DNA of 64,000 nucleotides from Chloroflexota bacterium. Its GTDB lineage: Bacteria > Chloroflexota > Dehalococcoidia > E44-bin15. The notes below the pieces were generated by a model. It searched no databases, was not told where the DNA came from, and saw only the letters and a list, made by a program, of their open reading frames with translations. Numbering within the stretch: position 1 is the first letter of the stretch; the number at the start of each line of letters is the position of its first letter. This document shows positions 17,512-27,400 of this stretch, piece after piece. Location of the stretch: NCBI GenBank assembly GCA_034189655.1, contig JAXHUE010000003.1:35969-99968 (forward strand). Reading direction: 5' to 3'. The translations under genes and the position numbers were made by a program.

Positions 17512-19263
17512 GTGGAGAGGGTGAAGGCGTGGGCCGTGCGCTGGGCGCGCCCCCTGCTCAACTGGGAGGTTGCGGCATACGTCTTTCTAGCGGTGGTGGC
17601 GCTGGGGATGCACCTGTGGGCCCTGGACGCCCGCGCCTTCCAGTACGATGAGACCCTGCACGCCTTCTATAGCTGGAAGCTGTATACCGGGGAGAGCTAC
17701 CAGCACAGCCCCATGATGCACGGCCCCTTCCAGTTCTACGGCACCGCGGCGTTGTTCCACCTCTTCGGCGATAGCGATGTTACGGCGCGCCTCCTCCCCG
17801 CCCTCTTCGGCACCGCGCTGGTGGCGCTGCCGTACCTTCTGCGTCGCCAGATGGGCCGCTGGGGGGCCATGGCCGCTGCTGTCCTGCTGGCCTTCTCCCC
17901 CACGCTGCTCTACTTCGGGCGCTTTGCCCGCAACGACATCTACATCGTGTTCTGGACGCTGCTCCTGGTGGTGTGCCTGTGGCGCTACATCGACGAGGGC
18001 AAGTCGCGCTACCTGTACATCGGGGCCGCCGCCTTGAGCTTGAGCTTCTGCACCAAGGAGGTGAGCTGGATCACCACCGGCATCATCGGCCTCTTCCTCC
18101 TCATCTGGGCCGGCCGTGAGCTCGTCGGCCGGGTGCGGCGCCGTGTCGACCTGAAGGCCCTCTCGCCACCCGCCGACTACCTGATCGTCGTCGGCACCCT
18201 CTCCCTGCCCCTGTTCGCCGCCTTCTGCCAGCTCATCCCCGGCGTGGACATCGATGGCGGGGCGGTGTGGCAGAAGGCGCTGGTGGTGGGGATACTCTTC
18301 GCGGTATCGCTGGCCGTCGGGCTACGCTGGGACTGGCGGCGCTGGTCGATCGCGGCCATCATCTTCTACGGCATCTTCTGCCTGTTCTACTCGTCGTTCT
18401 TCTCCAACGTAGATGGCCTGGCCAGCGGGATATGGGGCTCGGTGGACTACTGGCTGGCCAACCGCGACGCCCCGCGCATCGTGCAGCCCCTGTTCTACTA
18501 CCCCATGGTGCTGGCCACGTACGAGTTCCTGCCCCTGCTCTTCGGCCTGGTCGGCGGGGTGTACTACGCGATAAAGGGGGACGCCTTCTCCCGCTTCCTG
18601 GTGTACTGGGCGGCGATGGCCCTCATCCTCCAGGTGTGGTCCGGGGAGAACACCGCCTGGCTCTCCGTCCACATCGCCCTGCCCCTCATCCTGCTCGCCG
18701 CGATGTTCATCGGCCGCGCACTGGCCGGAGGCTGGCCCGGGCGCTGGGCGCGGGTGGTGCCCGCCGCCGTCGTCCTGGCGCTTGCCGTCGTCTTCCCCTT
18801 CAGCGTGCACGTCGCCCTCCAGGCGAGCTACAATGTGAGCGACGAGCCGCCGCAGATGCTGGTCTACGCCGGCATGAGCCACGAGATGCGCCAGGTCGTG
18901 GACCAGATAGAGGGGCTGGCCGCAGACAGCGGCAAGGGGACAGGGTTGAGGATAAGCGTCGATAACCCCCTCTACTGGGACTGGGCGTGGTACATCAGGG
19001 ACTACGACGTGCAGTGGCTGTACGCCACCGACCTGGTCCCCGACGGGGACGTGCTGCTGCTGGCCCCGGAGAACGAGGCCGCCTTCGAGCCCCACCTGGG
19101 CGGCTACGGCGAGGGGCAGCACTTCCACGAGCGTATCTGGTTCCCCGAGGAGTACCGCGACCACGGCATCGGGTGGTGGTGGCGCTACTTCTTGAGCAAG
19201 GAGACCGAGGGCCCCTACTGGTCGAGCGAGAGCATCGTCTACGTCGCCCAGGGGGTGCCGTGA
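17512..19263 (+). CDS. TIGR03663-family GT-C-fold membrane glycosyltransferase-like protein (PMT/ArnT-like, 2-TM-rich, 583 aa)
   Basis: N-terminal region with ...DETLHAFYSWKLYTGESYQHSPMMHGPFQFY, typical of GT39/ArnT-like dolichyl-phosphate-mannose transferases. The family is characteristically adjacent to TIGR03662. Confidence 0.65.
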   Translation: MERVKAWAVRWARPLLNWEVAAYVFLAVVALGMHLWALDARAFQYDETLHAFYSWKLYTGESYQHSPMMHGPFQFYGTAALFHLFGDSDVTARLLPALFGTALVALPYLLRRQMGRWGAMAAAVLLAFSPTLLYFGRFARNDIYIVFWTLLLVVCLWRYIDEGKSRYLYIGAAALSLSFCTKEVSWITTGIIGLFLLIWAGRELVGRVRRRVDLKALSPPADYLIVVGTLSLPLFAAFCQLIPGVDIDGGAVWQKALVVGILFAVSLAVGLRWDWRRWSIAAIIFYGIFCLFYSSFFSNVDGLASGIWGSVDYWLANRDAPRIVQPLFYYPMVLATYEFLPLLFGLVGGVYYAIKGDAFSRFLVYWAAMALILQVWSGENTAWLSVHIALPLILLAAMFIGRALAGGWPGRWARVVPAAVVLALAVVFPFSVHVALQASYNVSDEPPQMLVYAGMSHEMRQVVDQIEGLAADSGKGTGLRISVDNPLYWDWAWYIRDYDVQWLYATDLVPDGDVLLLAPENEAAFEPHLGGYGEGQHFHERIWFPEEYRDHGIGWWWRYFLSKETEGPYWSSESIVYVAQGVP

Positions 19264-19291
19264 TTGCATGCCGGTACCCGTTGTACTATAA
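19264..19291 (+). promoter_or_regulatory. Candidate sigma70 promoter (TTGCAT - 16 nt - TATAAT) for the flippase-like gene
   Basis: Near-consensus hexamers 40 nt upstream of GTG 19331. Confidence 0.45.
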
Positions 19292-19330
19292 TGGGCCGAA
19301 TAGAGGGCAGGCGTCTTTCCGTGAGGGGGG

Positions 19331-20365
19331 GTGAGGGCGTTTAGGAACAGACGGTTCTGGATAGGCCTGGTCATCACGCTGGTGTTTCTGGCCCTCTTCC
19401 TCTACCCCCTGCTGCGGACGGGCTTCGCCGACATGGGCCGGGCCCTCGCCGAGGCCAACTACCTCTATCTCATCCCCGCGCTCGCCGTATACTTCGTGGG
19501 CGTCTTCCTGCGCTCCGTCCGCTGGAGCTACCTGCTCCTGCCCCTGGGCCGCTTCTCCCCCTTCCGCCTCTTCCCGCTCGTCGTCATCGGCTTCATGGTG
19601 AACAACGTGCTGCCGGCGCGCCTGGGCATCGTGGCCCGGGCCATCATCCTGGGGGAGCGGGAGCGCATGAGCAAGATGGCCGCCGGGGGCACCATGGTGG
19701 TGGAGCAGGTGTTCGATGGCGTGACCCTCCTCTTCTTCATCGCCGTGGTCGCCATCTTCGGGGTATCACTGGCCGGGGTGTTGCAGGGCACGGTATACGT
19801 GGTGGCCGGCCTCTTCATATTGGCCCTGGTGCTGTGCCTGGCCCTGGCCTCGTCGGAGCGGCTGGCGCAGTGGGTGGTATCGCTCGTCGTGCGCCTGCTG
19901 CCCCATCGCTGGCGGGAGCGGGTGGGGCTGTGGCTTGTGCGGCTGGTGGAGGGCCTGGGTATCATGCGCAGCCCGTGGCGGCTCCTGGTGGTGTTCCTGC
20001 TCTCGAACCTGGTGTGGCTCGCCGAGGCGGGCACCTTCTACTTCGTCGCCCTCTCCTTCGACCTGGGGCAGCCCTTCTACGTGCTGCTGCTGGCGACGGC
20101 GGTGGCCAACCTGGCGTGGGCGCTGCTCATGACCCAGGGCGGCCTGGGCTCCTTTGACCTGGCCGCACAGCAGACGCTGGTGTTCTTCGGCGTCGGCGTG
20201 GGGCTGGCCAGCTCCTACGTGCTGGTGCTCCACGCCGTGCTCCTCCTGCCCATGACCGCTCTCGGGTTCGTGTTCCTGTGGCTGGAGAACCTCTCGCTGT
20301 CACGCCTGGTGTCACGTGGCGAGGAGCTCTCGGCGCAAGAAGATACAGCGGAGGGCGAGACATGA
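19331..20365 (+). CDS. Flippase-like / lysylphosphatidylglycerol-synthase TM-domain (UPF0104) membrane protein
   Basis: 8 TM helices. Architecture and length match the UPF0104/TIGR00374 flippase-like family commonly paired with membrane glycosyltransferases. Confidence 0.55.
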   Translation: MRAFRNRRFWIGLVITLVFLALFLYPLLRTGFADMGRALAEANYLYLIPALAVYFVGVFLRSVRWSYLLLPLGRFSPFRLFPLVVIGFMVNNVLPARLGIVARAIILGERERMSKMAAGGTMVVEQVFDGVTLLFFIAVVAIFGVSLAGVLQGTVYVVAGLFILALVLCLALASSERLAQWVVSLVVRLLPHRWRERVGLWLVRLVEGLGIMRSPWRLLVVFLLSNLVWLAEAGTFYFVALSFDLGQPFYVLLLATAVANLAWALLMTQGGLGSFDLAAQQTLVFFGVGVGLASSYVLVLHAVLLLPMTALGFVFLWLENLSLSRLVSRGEELSAQEDTAEGET

Positions 20366-21678
20366 GGGTCGGCATAGTTGGCGGCGGCATCGCCGGGCTC
20401 ACCGCGGCCTACGAGCTGGGCCAGCGGGGCCACACCCCCGTGGTCTTCGAGAAGCGGCCTGAGCTCGGCGGCCAGGCGGCCACCATAGAGGTCGGTGGGG
20501 AGCGCCTGGAGGGGTTCTACCACCACATCTTCACCAGTGACCAGGAGGTACGCCAGCTCATCGATGAGCTGGGGCTGGGGGGAGACCTCCGCTGGCTCGA
20601 CTCTAGGGTAGGCTTCTACCACAGGGGGAGGGTATACCCCTTCGTCACCCCGCTGGACCTGCTGCGCTTCCGCCCCTTACGTCCCGTCGACCGGGTGCGC
20701 CTGGGGCTGGCCTCGCTGTACCTGAGGCGCTACCGGGACTGGCAGCGCCTCGAGGGGGTCACCGCGCGCGAGTGGGTGACGCGCTATGCCGGCAGGCGCA
20801 GCTACGAGGTGGTGTGGGGCCCCATGCTGCGCAACAAGTTCGGCGACAGCCTCGATGAGGTGGGCATGGTGTGGCTGTGGGGCAAGATACACCTGCGCCT
20901 CACCTCGCGCCAGGGGGAGCACGAGCAACTGGGATACCTCGATGGGAGCTACGGCCGGCTCATCGATGCCCTGGGCGAGGCCGTCCTCGGCTCAGGCGGG
21001 GAGATTTACACGGAGGCGACGGCCACCGCCGTCGCCGTCGAGGGGGGGAAGGTGGTGGGGCTGCGGGTGGGGGGAGAGGTGCACCCCTGCGACGCCGTGA
21101 TCGCCACCGTGTCATCGCCGGACTTCCTCCAGCTCGCACCTCCGCTGCCCGCGGAGTATGGCGCAATGCTGCGGATGGCGCGCTACCAGTCGGCGGCGTG
21201 CCTGGTGCTCGCCTTGAACCAGCCCTTCATGGACTACTACTGGCTGAACATCGGCGAGAGCACCATGCCCTTCGTCGCCGTCATCGAGCACACCAACTTC
21301 GTCGAACCGTCGCGGTACCGGGGACGGCGCATCCTGTATGTCTCCAACTATCTCTCCAGTGAGAGCCCTCTCTACGGCATGGGCCCACAGGGGCTTCTGG
21401 ACGAGTACCTGCCCTACCTGCAGCGCATAAACCCCCGCCTCGACCTCTCCTGGGTGGAGGAGAGCCATGTCTTTCGCGAGGAGTGGGCGCAGCCCATCGT
21501 CACCACCGACTACCTGCGGCAGATACCCGACCATCGCACCCCGGTCCCCGGCCTCTACCTGGCCAACACCACCCAGATATACCCTGAAGACCGGGGGATG
21601 AACTACAGCGTGCGCCTGGGACGGCAGATAGCCGATATCGTCACCGCCGACGGCGCCCGCCACGGCGAGGAGGGTTGA
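20362..21678 (+). CDS. FAD-dependent oxidoreductase (amine oxidase/phytoene desaturase-like)
   Basis: N-terminal Rossmann MRVGIVGGGIAGLTAAYEL...FEKRPELGG. The start overlaps the previous stop (ATGA). Confidence 0.7.
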   Translation: MRVGIVGGGIAGLTAAYELGQRGHTPVVFEKRPELGGQAATIEVGGERLEGFYHHIFTSDQEVRQLIDELGLGGDLRWLDSRVGFYHRGRVYPFVTPLDLLRFRPLRPVDRVRLGLASLYLRRYRDWQRLEGVTAREWVTRYAGRRSYEVVWGPMLRNKFGDSLDEVGMVWLWGKIHLRLTSRQGEHEQLGYLDGSYGRLIDALGEAVLGSGGEIYTEATATAVAVEGGKVVGLRVGGEVHPCDAVIATVSSPDFLQLAPPLPAEYGAMLRMARYQSAACLVLALNQPFMDYYWLNIGESTMPFVAVIEHTNFVEPSRYRGRRILYVSNYLSSESPLYGMGPQGLLDEYLPYLQRINPRLDLSWVEESHVFREEWAQPIVTTDYLRQIPDHRTPVPGLYLANTTQIYPEDRGMNYSVRLGRQIADIVTADGARHGEEG

Positions 21679-21902
21679 AATTCTCACTGCCCCGTAGTAT
21701 AGTGAGTAGGGCCCGCCAGGGGCTTACCCCGCACACACGTTTTAGCTATGAGAGAGAGCGCCAGCCAGGTTCCTCGCCCGTCCGCACTCGTAGCGGGTAC
21801 CCATTTTCTATTCAGGCCATCTTCCATCGCAGCGCGGGCATGTCGGCGGCCTTACAGGCTCTTGCCGGGCGAGGTACCGGGAAGACACGGAGGGTCTAGA
21901 GT

Positions 21903-22760
21903 ATGTACCGTATAGTGCACCGAGAGGACCTGGTCCCCAACATACACCTGTTCGACGTTGAGGCCCCGCTGGTGGCACGCAAAGGCCAGGCGGGGCAGTT
22001 CGTCATCGTGAGGGTGGGCGAGACCGGGGAGCGCATACCGCTCACCATCGCCGACTGGGACCGGGAGGCCGGCACCATCACCATCGTGTTCATGGAGGTA
22101 GGTGCCACCACGCGCAAGCTGGCCACCCTGGGCGTCGGCGACCACCTCGATAACTTCGTGGGGCCCCTGGGGTTGCCCACCCACATCGAGCGCTTCGGCA
22201 CGGTGTGCTGTGTCGGCGGCGGTGTGGGGGTGGCCCCCATCATGCCCATCGCACGGACGCTCAAGGAGGCCGGGAACCGGGTGGTCTCCATCATGGGGGC
22301 CAGGAACAGAGACCTCCTCTTCTGGGAGGACCGCCTCCGTGAGGTGAGTGACGAGCTCATCGTGACCACCGACGATGGCTCCTATGCCCGCAAGGGGGTG
22401 GTCACCGAGCCCCTCAAGGAGCTCCTGGAGGGGGACGAGCGCATAGACCTGGTGATCGCCATCGGGCCGGTGGTGATGATGAAGTTCTGCTGCCGCACCA
22501 CAGAGCCCTTCGGGGTAAAGACCATGGTGAGCCTAAACCCCATCATGGTAGACGGTACCGGGATGTGCGGCTGCTGCCGCGTCGAGGTAGGTGGCGATAC
22601 CAGGTTCACCTGCGTCGATGGCCCCGACTTCGACGGCCACCAGGTGGACTGGGACCTCCTGCTCTCCCGGCAGCGGATATACCTTGACGAGGAGCGAAAG
22701 TCCGTGGAGCACTGGGAGCACCAGTGCCAGTCCCTAGGCCGAGAGGTACGTCATGGCTAA
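21903..22760 (+). CDS. nfnA: NfnA/SudB-type ferredoxin:NADP oxidoreductase small subunit (FAD/NAD-binding, 2Fe-2S)
   Basis: Dihydroorotate dehydrogenase electron-transfer-subunit-like fold. C-terminal Cys cluster GMCGCCRV...FTCVDGP. GGAGGG RBS. Followed by a GltD-like partner. Confidence 0.75.
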   Translation: MYRIVHREDLVPNIHLFDVEAPLVARKGQAGQFVIVRVGETGERIPLTIADWDREAGTITIVFMEVGATTRKLATLGVGDHLDNFVGPLGLPTHIERFGTVCCVGGGVGVAPIMPIARTLKEAGNRVVSIMGARNRDLLFWEDRLREVSDELIVTTDDGSYARKGVVTEPLKELLEGDERIDLVIAIGPVVMMKFCCRTTEPFGVKTMVSLNPIMVDGTGMCGCCRVEVGGDTRFTCVDGPDFDGHQVDWDLLLSRQRIYLDEERKSVEHWEHQCQSLGREVRHG

Positions 22761-24150
22761 GATAGACCTAAACCGCATGTCGATGCCCAAGCAAGACCCC
22801 GAGGTGCGGGCCCACAACTTCAACGAGGTGGCGCTGGGGTACACCGAGGAGATGGCCAGGGCGGAGGCCGCCCGCTGCATCCAGTGCAAGAAGCGAAACT
22901 GCGTCACCGGCTGCCCCGTAGATATCGACATCCCTGAGTTCATCGCCGCAGTTGCCGAGGGTAACATGCCAGAGGCGGTGCGCGTCCTGAAGGGCAAGAA
23001 CAGCCTGCCCGGCATCTGCGGCCGGGTGTGTCCCCAGGAGAGCCAGTGCGAGGAGACCTGCTCCCTGGCCAAGAAGGGCGCCCCCATCGCCATCGGGAGA
23101 CTTGAGCGCTACGTGGCCGACTGGGAGCTGGCCCAGGGACGGATGGAGCGCCCCCAGATGGCCTCCTCGTCGGGGAAGCGAGTGGCCGTGGTGGGGTCGG
23201 GGCCGGCGGGGCTCACCGCCGCCGCTGACCTGGCCAAGCTGGGACACCAGGTCACCATGTTCGAAGGCCTCCACGTCGCCGGGGGGGTGCTGATGTATGG
23301 CATCCCTGAGTTCCGCTTGCCCAAGCACATCGTGCAGCAGGAGGTGGAGTTCGTGAAGTCGCTGGGGGTGGAGCTGGTGCTCGATGCCGTGGTGGGCAAG
23401 ACCATGACCGTGGACGAGATCATGGCCGACGGCTATCACGCCGTGTTCCTGGGCACCGGGGCCGGGCTGCCCATGTTCATGAACATACCGGGAGAGAACT
23501 TAAACGGCATCTACTCCGCCAACGAGTACTTGACCCGCACCAACCTGATGAAGGCCTACCTCTTCCCCGACTACGAGACCCCCATCAAGCTGGGGCAGCG
23601 GGTGGCGGTGGTCGGCGGGGGCAACGTGGCCATGGACTCAGCGCGCTGCGCCCTGCGCCTCGGTGCCGAACAGGTATACATCATCTACCGCCGCTCCGAG
23701 GCCGAGATGCCGGCGCGCCGCGAGGAGGTAGAGAACGCCCAGGAGGAGGGCGTCATCTTCAAGCTGCTCACCAACCCCAAGCAGTTCCTGGGCAACGACC
23801 AGGGATGGGTAGTGGGCGCCGAGTGCTACGAGATGGAACTGGGGGAGCCCGACGCCAGTGGCCGCCGTCGCCCCGTGGTCAAGGAGGGCAGCGAGCACAC
23901 CATCGATGTCGATACCGTGGTGGTGGCCCTGGGCACCACCCCCAACCCCCTGGTTCCCACCACCACCGAGGGGCTGGAGGTCACCAAGCGGGGCACCGTG
24001 GTCGCCGACGAGGAGACGGGGAAGACGGTGAAGACCGCCGTGTGGGCCGGCGGCGATGTGGTAACCGGCGCCGCCACCGTGATCAGCGCCATGGGGGCGG
24101 GGAAGCGGGCCGCCGCCTCCATCGATACCTACCTGCGTAACGGGGCCTGA
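22753..24150 (+). CDS. nfnB: NfnB / glutamate synthase small-subunit-like (GltD family) NADPH-dependent FAD oxidoreductase with 2x[4Fe-4S]
   Basis: CIQCKKRNCVTGCPV...CGRVCPQESQCEETC and GKRVAVVGSGPAGLTAAADLAKLGH. Confidence 0.8.
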   Translation: MAKIDLNRMSMPKQDPEVRAHNFNEVALGYTEEMARAEAARCIQCKKRNCVTGCPVDIDIPEFIAAVAEGNMPEAVRVLKGKNSLPGICGRVCPQESQCEETCSLAKKGAPIAIGRLERYVADWELAQGRMERPQMASSSGKRVAVVGSGPAGLTAAADLAKLGHQVTMFEGLHVAGGVLMYGIPEFRLPKHIVQQEVEFVKSLGVELVLDAVVGKTMTVDEIMADGYHAVFLGTGAGLPMFMNIPGENLNGIYSANEYLTRTNLMKAYLFPDYETPIKLGQRVAVVGGGNVAMDSARCALRLGAEQVYIIYRRSEAEMPARREEVENAQEEGVIFKLLTNPKQFLGNDQGWVVGAECYEMELGEPDASGRRRPVVKEGSEHTIDVDTVVVALGTTPNPLVPTTTEGLEVTKRGTVVADEETGKTVKTAVWAGGDVVTGAATVISAMGAGKRAAASIDTYLRNGA

Positions 24151-24468
24151 TCCGGGCCCTGCATCCCGCCGGGAAGAGAGATATGCCGCGGCGGCGGCCC
24201 GCCGCGGGAGGGGCGGGGTGCTCCGTGCTCCTGGCGGCGGCTATTCAGTCATGCCGAGAGCGTCTCCCTTGAGGTGCGTAGTGTTAAGGCCAGGCTGACC
24301 CTCGGAGGGGGCCTTCACTCATGTCACCGGCGAGATAGCGTCCGTCGTCCCCTACGGCCACGTGCATCGCGAGCCCCCACATACCCGTACCGACGCTATC
24401 GAGAGGGTCTGCACATCCCCCCCCGAACAGGCAGGCGAGCGGCCATGCCATGCTCCCCGTGCCCCTGG

Positions 24469-27400
24469 TCACGCCCGCTCCACGCGCACCGCGGCCACCT
24501 TGAGCTCTGGTATCTTGGCCACCGGGTCCAGGCCTGGGTTGGTGACGATATTGGTACGGCTCTCGGTGAAGTGGAAGCTCATGGAGACCACCCCCGGCGG
24601 CGAGCCATCGGTCACGCGGGCGTGAGCGAAGACCTCCCCCCGCCGCGAGGCAACGCGCACCCTGTCGCCGCCGCCTATGCCCAGCCTCTCGGCGTCCGCG
24701 GGGTTGATCTCCACCAGCTCCTGCCCCCGTATCTGGTTTAAGCCGGCCACGCGCCTGGTCATGGTGCCGGTGTGGTACTGGTTGAGCAGGCGCTCCGTGG
24801 TGAGCACCAGGGGGTAGTCGCTGCTGGGCTCCTCCAGGGGCGGCCGGTAGGTGAGCGGGATGAAGCGGCCCAGGCCGCGGGAGAAGAGCTGGGTGTGGAG
24901 GATGGGCGTCCCCGGGTGGTCGTCGAAGGGGCAGGGCCAGGCCAGGCCCCCCTCCTCCAGCCGCTGGTAGGAGATGCCGCCGTAGGCCGGGGAGAGCCCG
25001 GCGATCTCGTCGAAGACCTGCGAGGGGTGGGAGAAGTCGAAGCCCCCGGCCCCCATGCGCTGGGCGATGCGGCACACTATCTGCCAGTCGGGCAGGGCCT
25101 CTCCCACCGGGTCGATGGCCCGGCGCACCCGCTGCACGCGGCGCTCGGTGTTGGTGAAGGTGCCGTCCTTCTCGGCGAAGCTCGCTGCCGGCAGCACCAC
25201 GTCGGCGAGCTGGGCGGTCTCGCTCAAGAAGATGTCCTGCACCACCAGGAAGTCCAGGTTCTTCAAGGCCTGCTCCACGTGGGTGGCGTCGGGCTCACTC
25301 AAGAGCGGGTTCTCTCCCACCAGGTAGATGGCGCGCACCTCGCCGCGGTAGGCGGCATCTACCATCTCGGTGAGGGTGAGACCGGGCGCGGGGTTTAGCG
25401 TCACATCCCAGGCCGACTCGAACTTCACCTGGAGGTTGGGGTCGGCCACGCCCTGGTAGCCAGGGTAGACGTTGGGCAGGGCGCCCATGTCACAGGCCCC
25501 CTGCACGTTGTTCTGCCCGCGGAGGGGGTTCACCCCCGTCGAGGGGCGGCCCACGTTGCCGGTGAGCATTGCCAGGTTGGCGGTGGCGATCACGTTATCG
25601 GTGCCGTGGGAGTGCTGGGTGATGCCCATGGCGTAGAGGATGGTGGCCGGGCTGCCCTCGGCGTAGAGGCGGGCGGCCTCGGCGACGCGCTCCTGGGGCA
25701 CGCCGGTGAGCTGCTCCACTCGCTCTGCGTCGAACCACTCGAGCGACTCCCGGAACTCGGCATAGTTCTCGCAGCGCTCCTCGATGAACTGCTTGTCGAT
25801 CAGGCCCTGCTCCACGATGACCCGCATCATCCCCATGAGCAGTGCGACGTCGCTCCCCGGCCGCTGCTGCAGCCAGACGGTGGCGAAGCGGCACAGGTCG
25901 ATGTGGCGCGGGTTGGCCACGATGAGAGCGGCCCCCCTCCTCACCGCGTCCTTTATCTCGAGGCCGATGATGGGGTGGCTCGCCGTGGTATTGGTGCCGA
26001 TGGCGAAGATACAGCGGGCCTGGCCGATCTCGGCGATGGAGTTGGTCATGGCCCCGCTGCCGAAGCTCTGGGCCAGCCCGGAGACGCTGGGGGCGTGGCA
26101 CAGGCGGGCGCAGTGGTCGACGTTGTTGGTGCCCATCGCGGCACGGGCGAACTTCTGCAAGAGGTAGTTCTCCTCGTTGGTGCAGCGCGCCGAGGCGATC
26201 AGGGCAAACCTCTCGCCCCGGTACTGGGGGAGCCTGCTGGCGATGAGCTCCAGGGCCTCGTCCCACGAGGCCGGCACCAGCCCCCCTGCTTTCCTGACGA
26301 GGGGGGTGGTGAGCCTCTCGGGGTGGCTCACGAAGTCGGCGATGCCGAAGCGGCCCTTGACGCATGTCTTGCCCCGGTTCACCGGGCTCTCCGGGTCGCC
26401 GCGCACGTCGACGATGGTGTTGCCGACGACGCCCAGGTACAGGCTACAGCCCACGCCGCAGTAGGGGCAGACGGTCTTCACCTCGGCCAGTGGCGGCCGG
26501 CTCCCCTTGGACACCAGCGCCCCCACCGGGCAGCTGGCGATGCACAGGCCGCACGACTCGCAGGTGGTATCGGCCAGGGAGCGGGCCCCAGGCGGCACTG
26601 CCACCCGGTAGGCGAAGCTCCACGCCCCCACGCCCTGCACGGAGAGGCAGGTGCGGGCACAGCGGGCGCACATGATGCACTTATTGGCGTCGATCTCCAC
26701 GAAGGGGTGGGAGCTGTCCACGGGATAGTGGTAGCCTGCCTCCCTGGCGAGCGAGGGGGAGACCCCGTAGTCAGCGGCGAGGTGGCGCAGGGTGCAGCTC
26801 TCCACGGCGCCGCAGCCGCAGGCAAGGCAGCGCTGCGCCTCCTTCTGTGCCAGGTCCTGGGTGTAGCCGCGCTCTATCTCCTGGAAGTTGCCCTGTCTCT
26901 CGTCGGGGCGGAGCCGGGGCATGGCGCGCCGCGGCTGCCGCTCTATGGTGGCGAACTCCTCGCCCCCCAGCTCATCGAGCTCGCCCTTGCGCCAGTTGAA
27001 GGGCTTCGTGGCATCGGCGAGCGGCTCCCCGCGCAGGTAGCGGTCGATGGAGATGGCCGCCTTTCGACCCGCGGCCATGGCGTCCACGGCGCGCGCCGGC
27101 CCGGTGACGGCATCGCCGCCGGCAAAGACCCCCTCGATGTCGGTCTGGAGCGTCTCCTCGTCGGCCACGATGACGTCGCCCCTGCCTATCTGGAGGCCGT
27201 CGGCGCTGAAGGAGATGTCGGGGCCCTGCCCGATGGCGGCGATCACCGAGTCCACGGGCACGGTGAACTCGGAGCCGGGGATGGGCTCGGGGCGGGGGCG
27301 CCCGCTCGCGTCGGGCTCGCCCAGGGCCATGCGGGTACAGCTCAGGCTGGCCACCCGGCCGTTGCGGCCGTTCACCGTGGTCGGCGCCGCCAGGAAGTGG

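Noticed and set aside
21675-21899. 74-aa ORF in the oxidoreductase/nfnA intergenic region
   Set aside because: It has no RBS, overlaps the upstream stop and has a low-complexity product. I treated it as noncoding leader.
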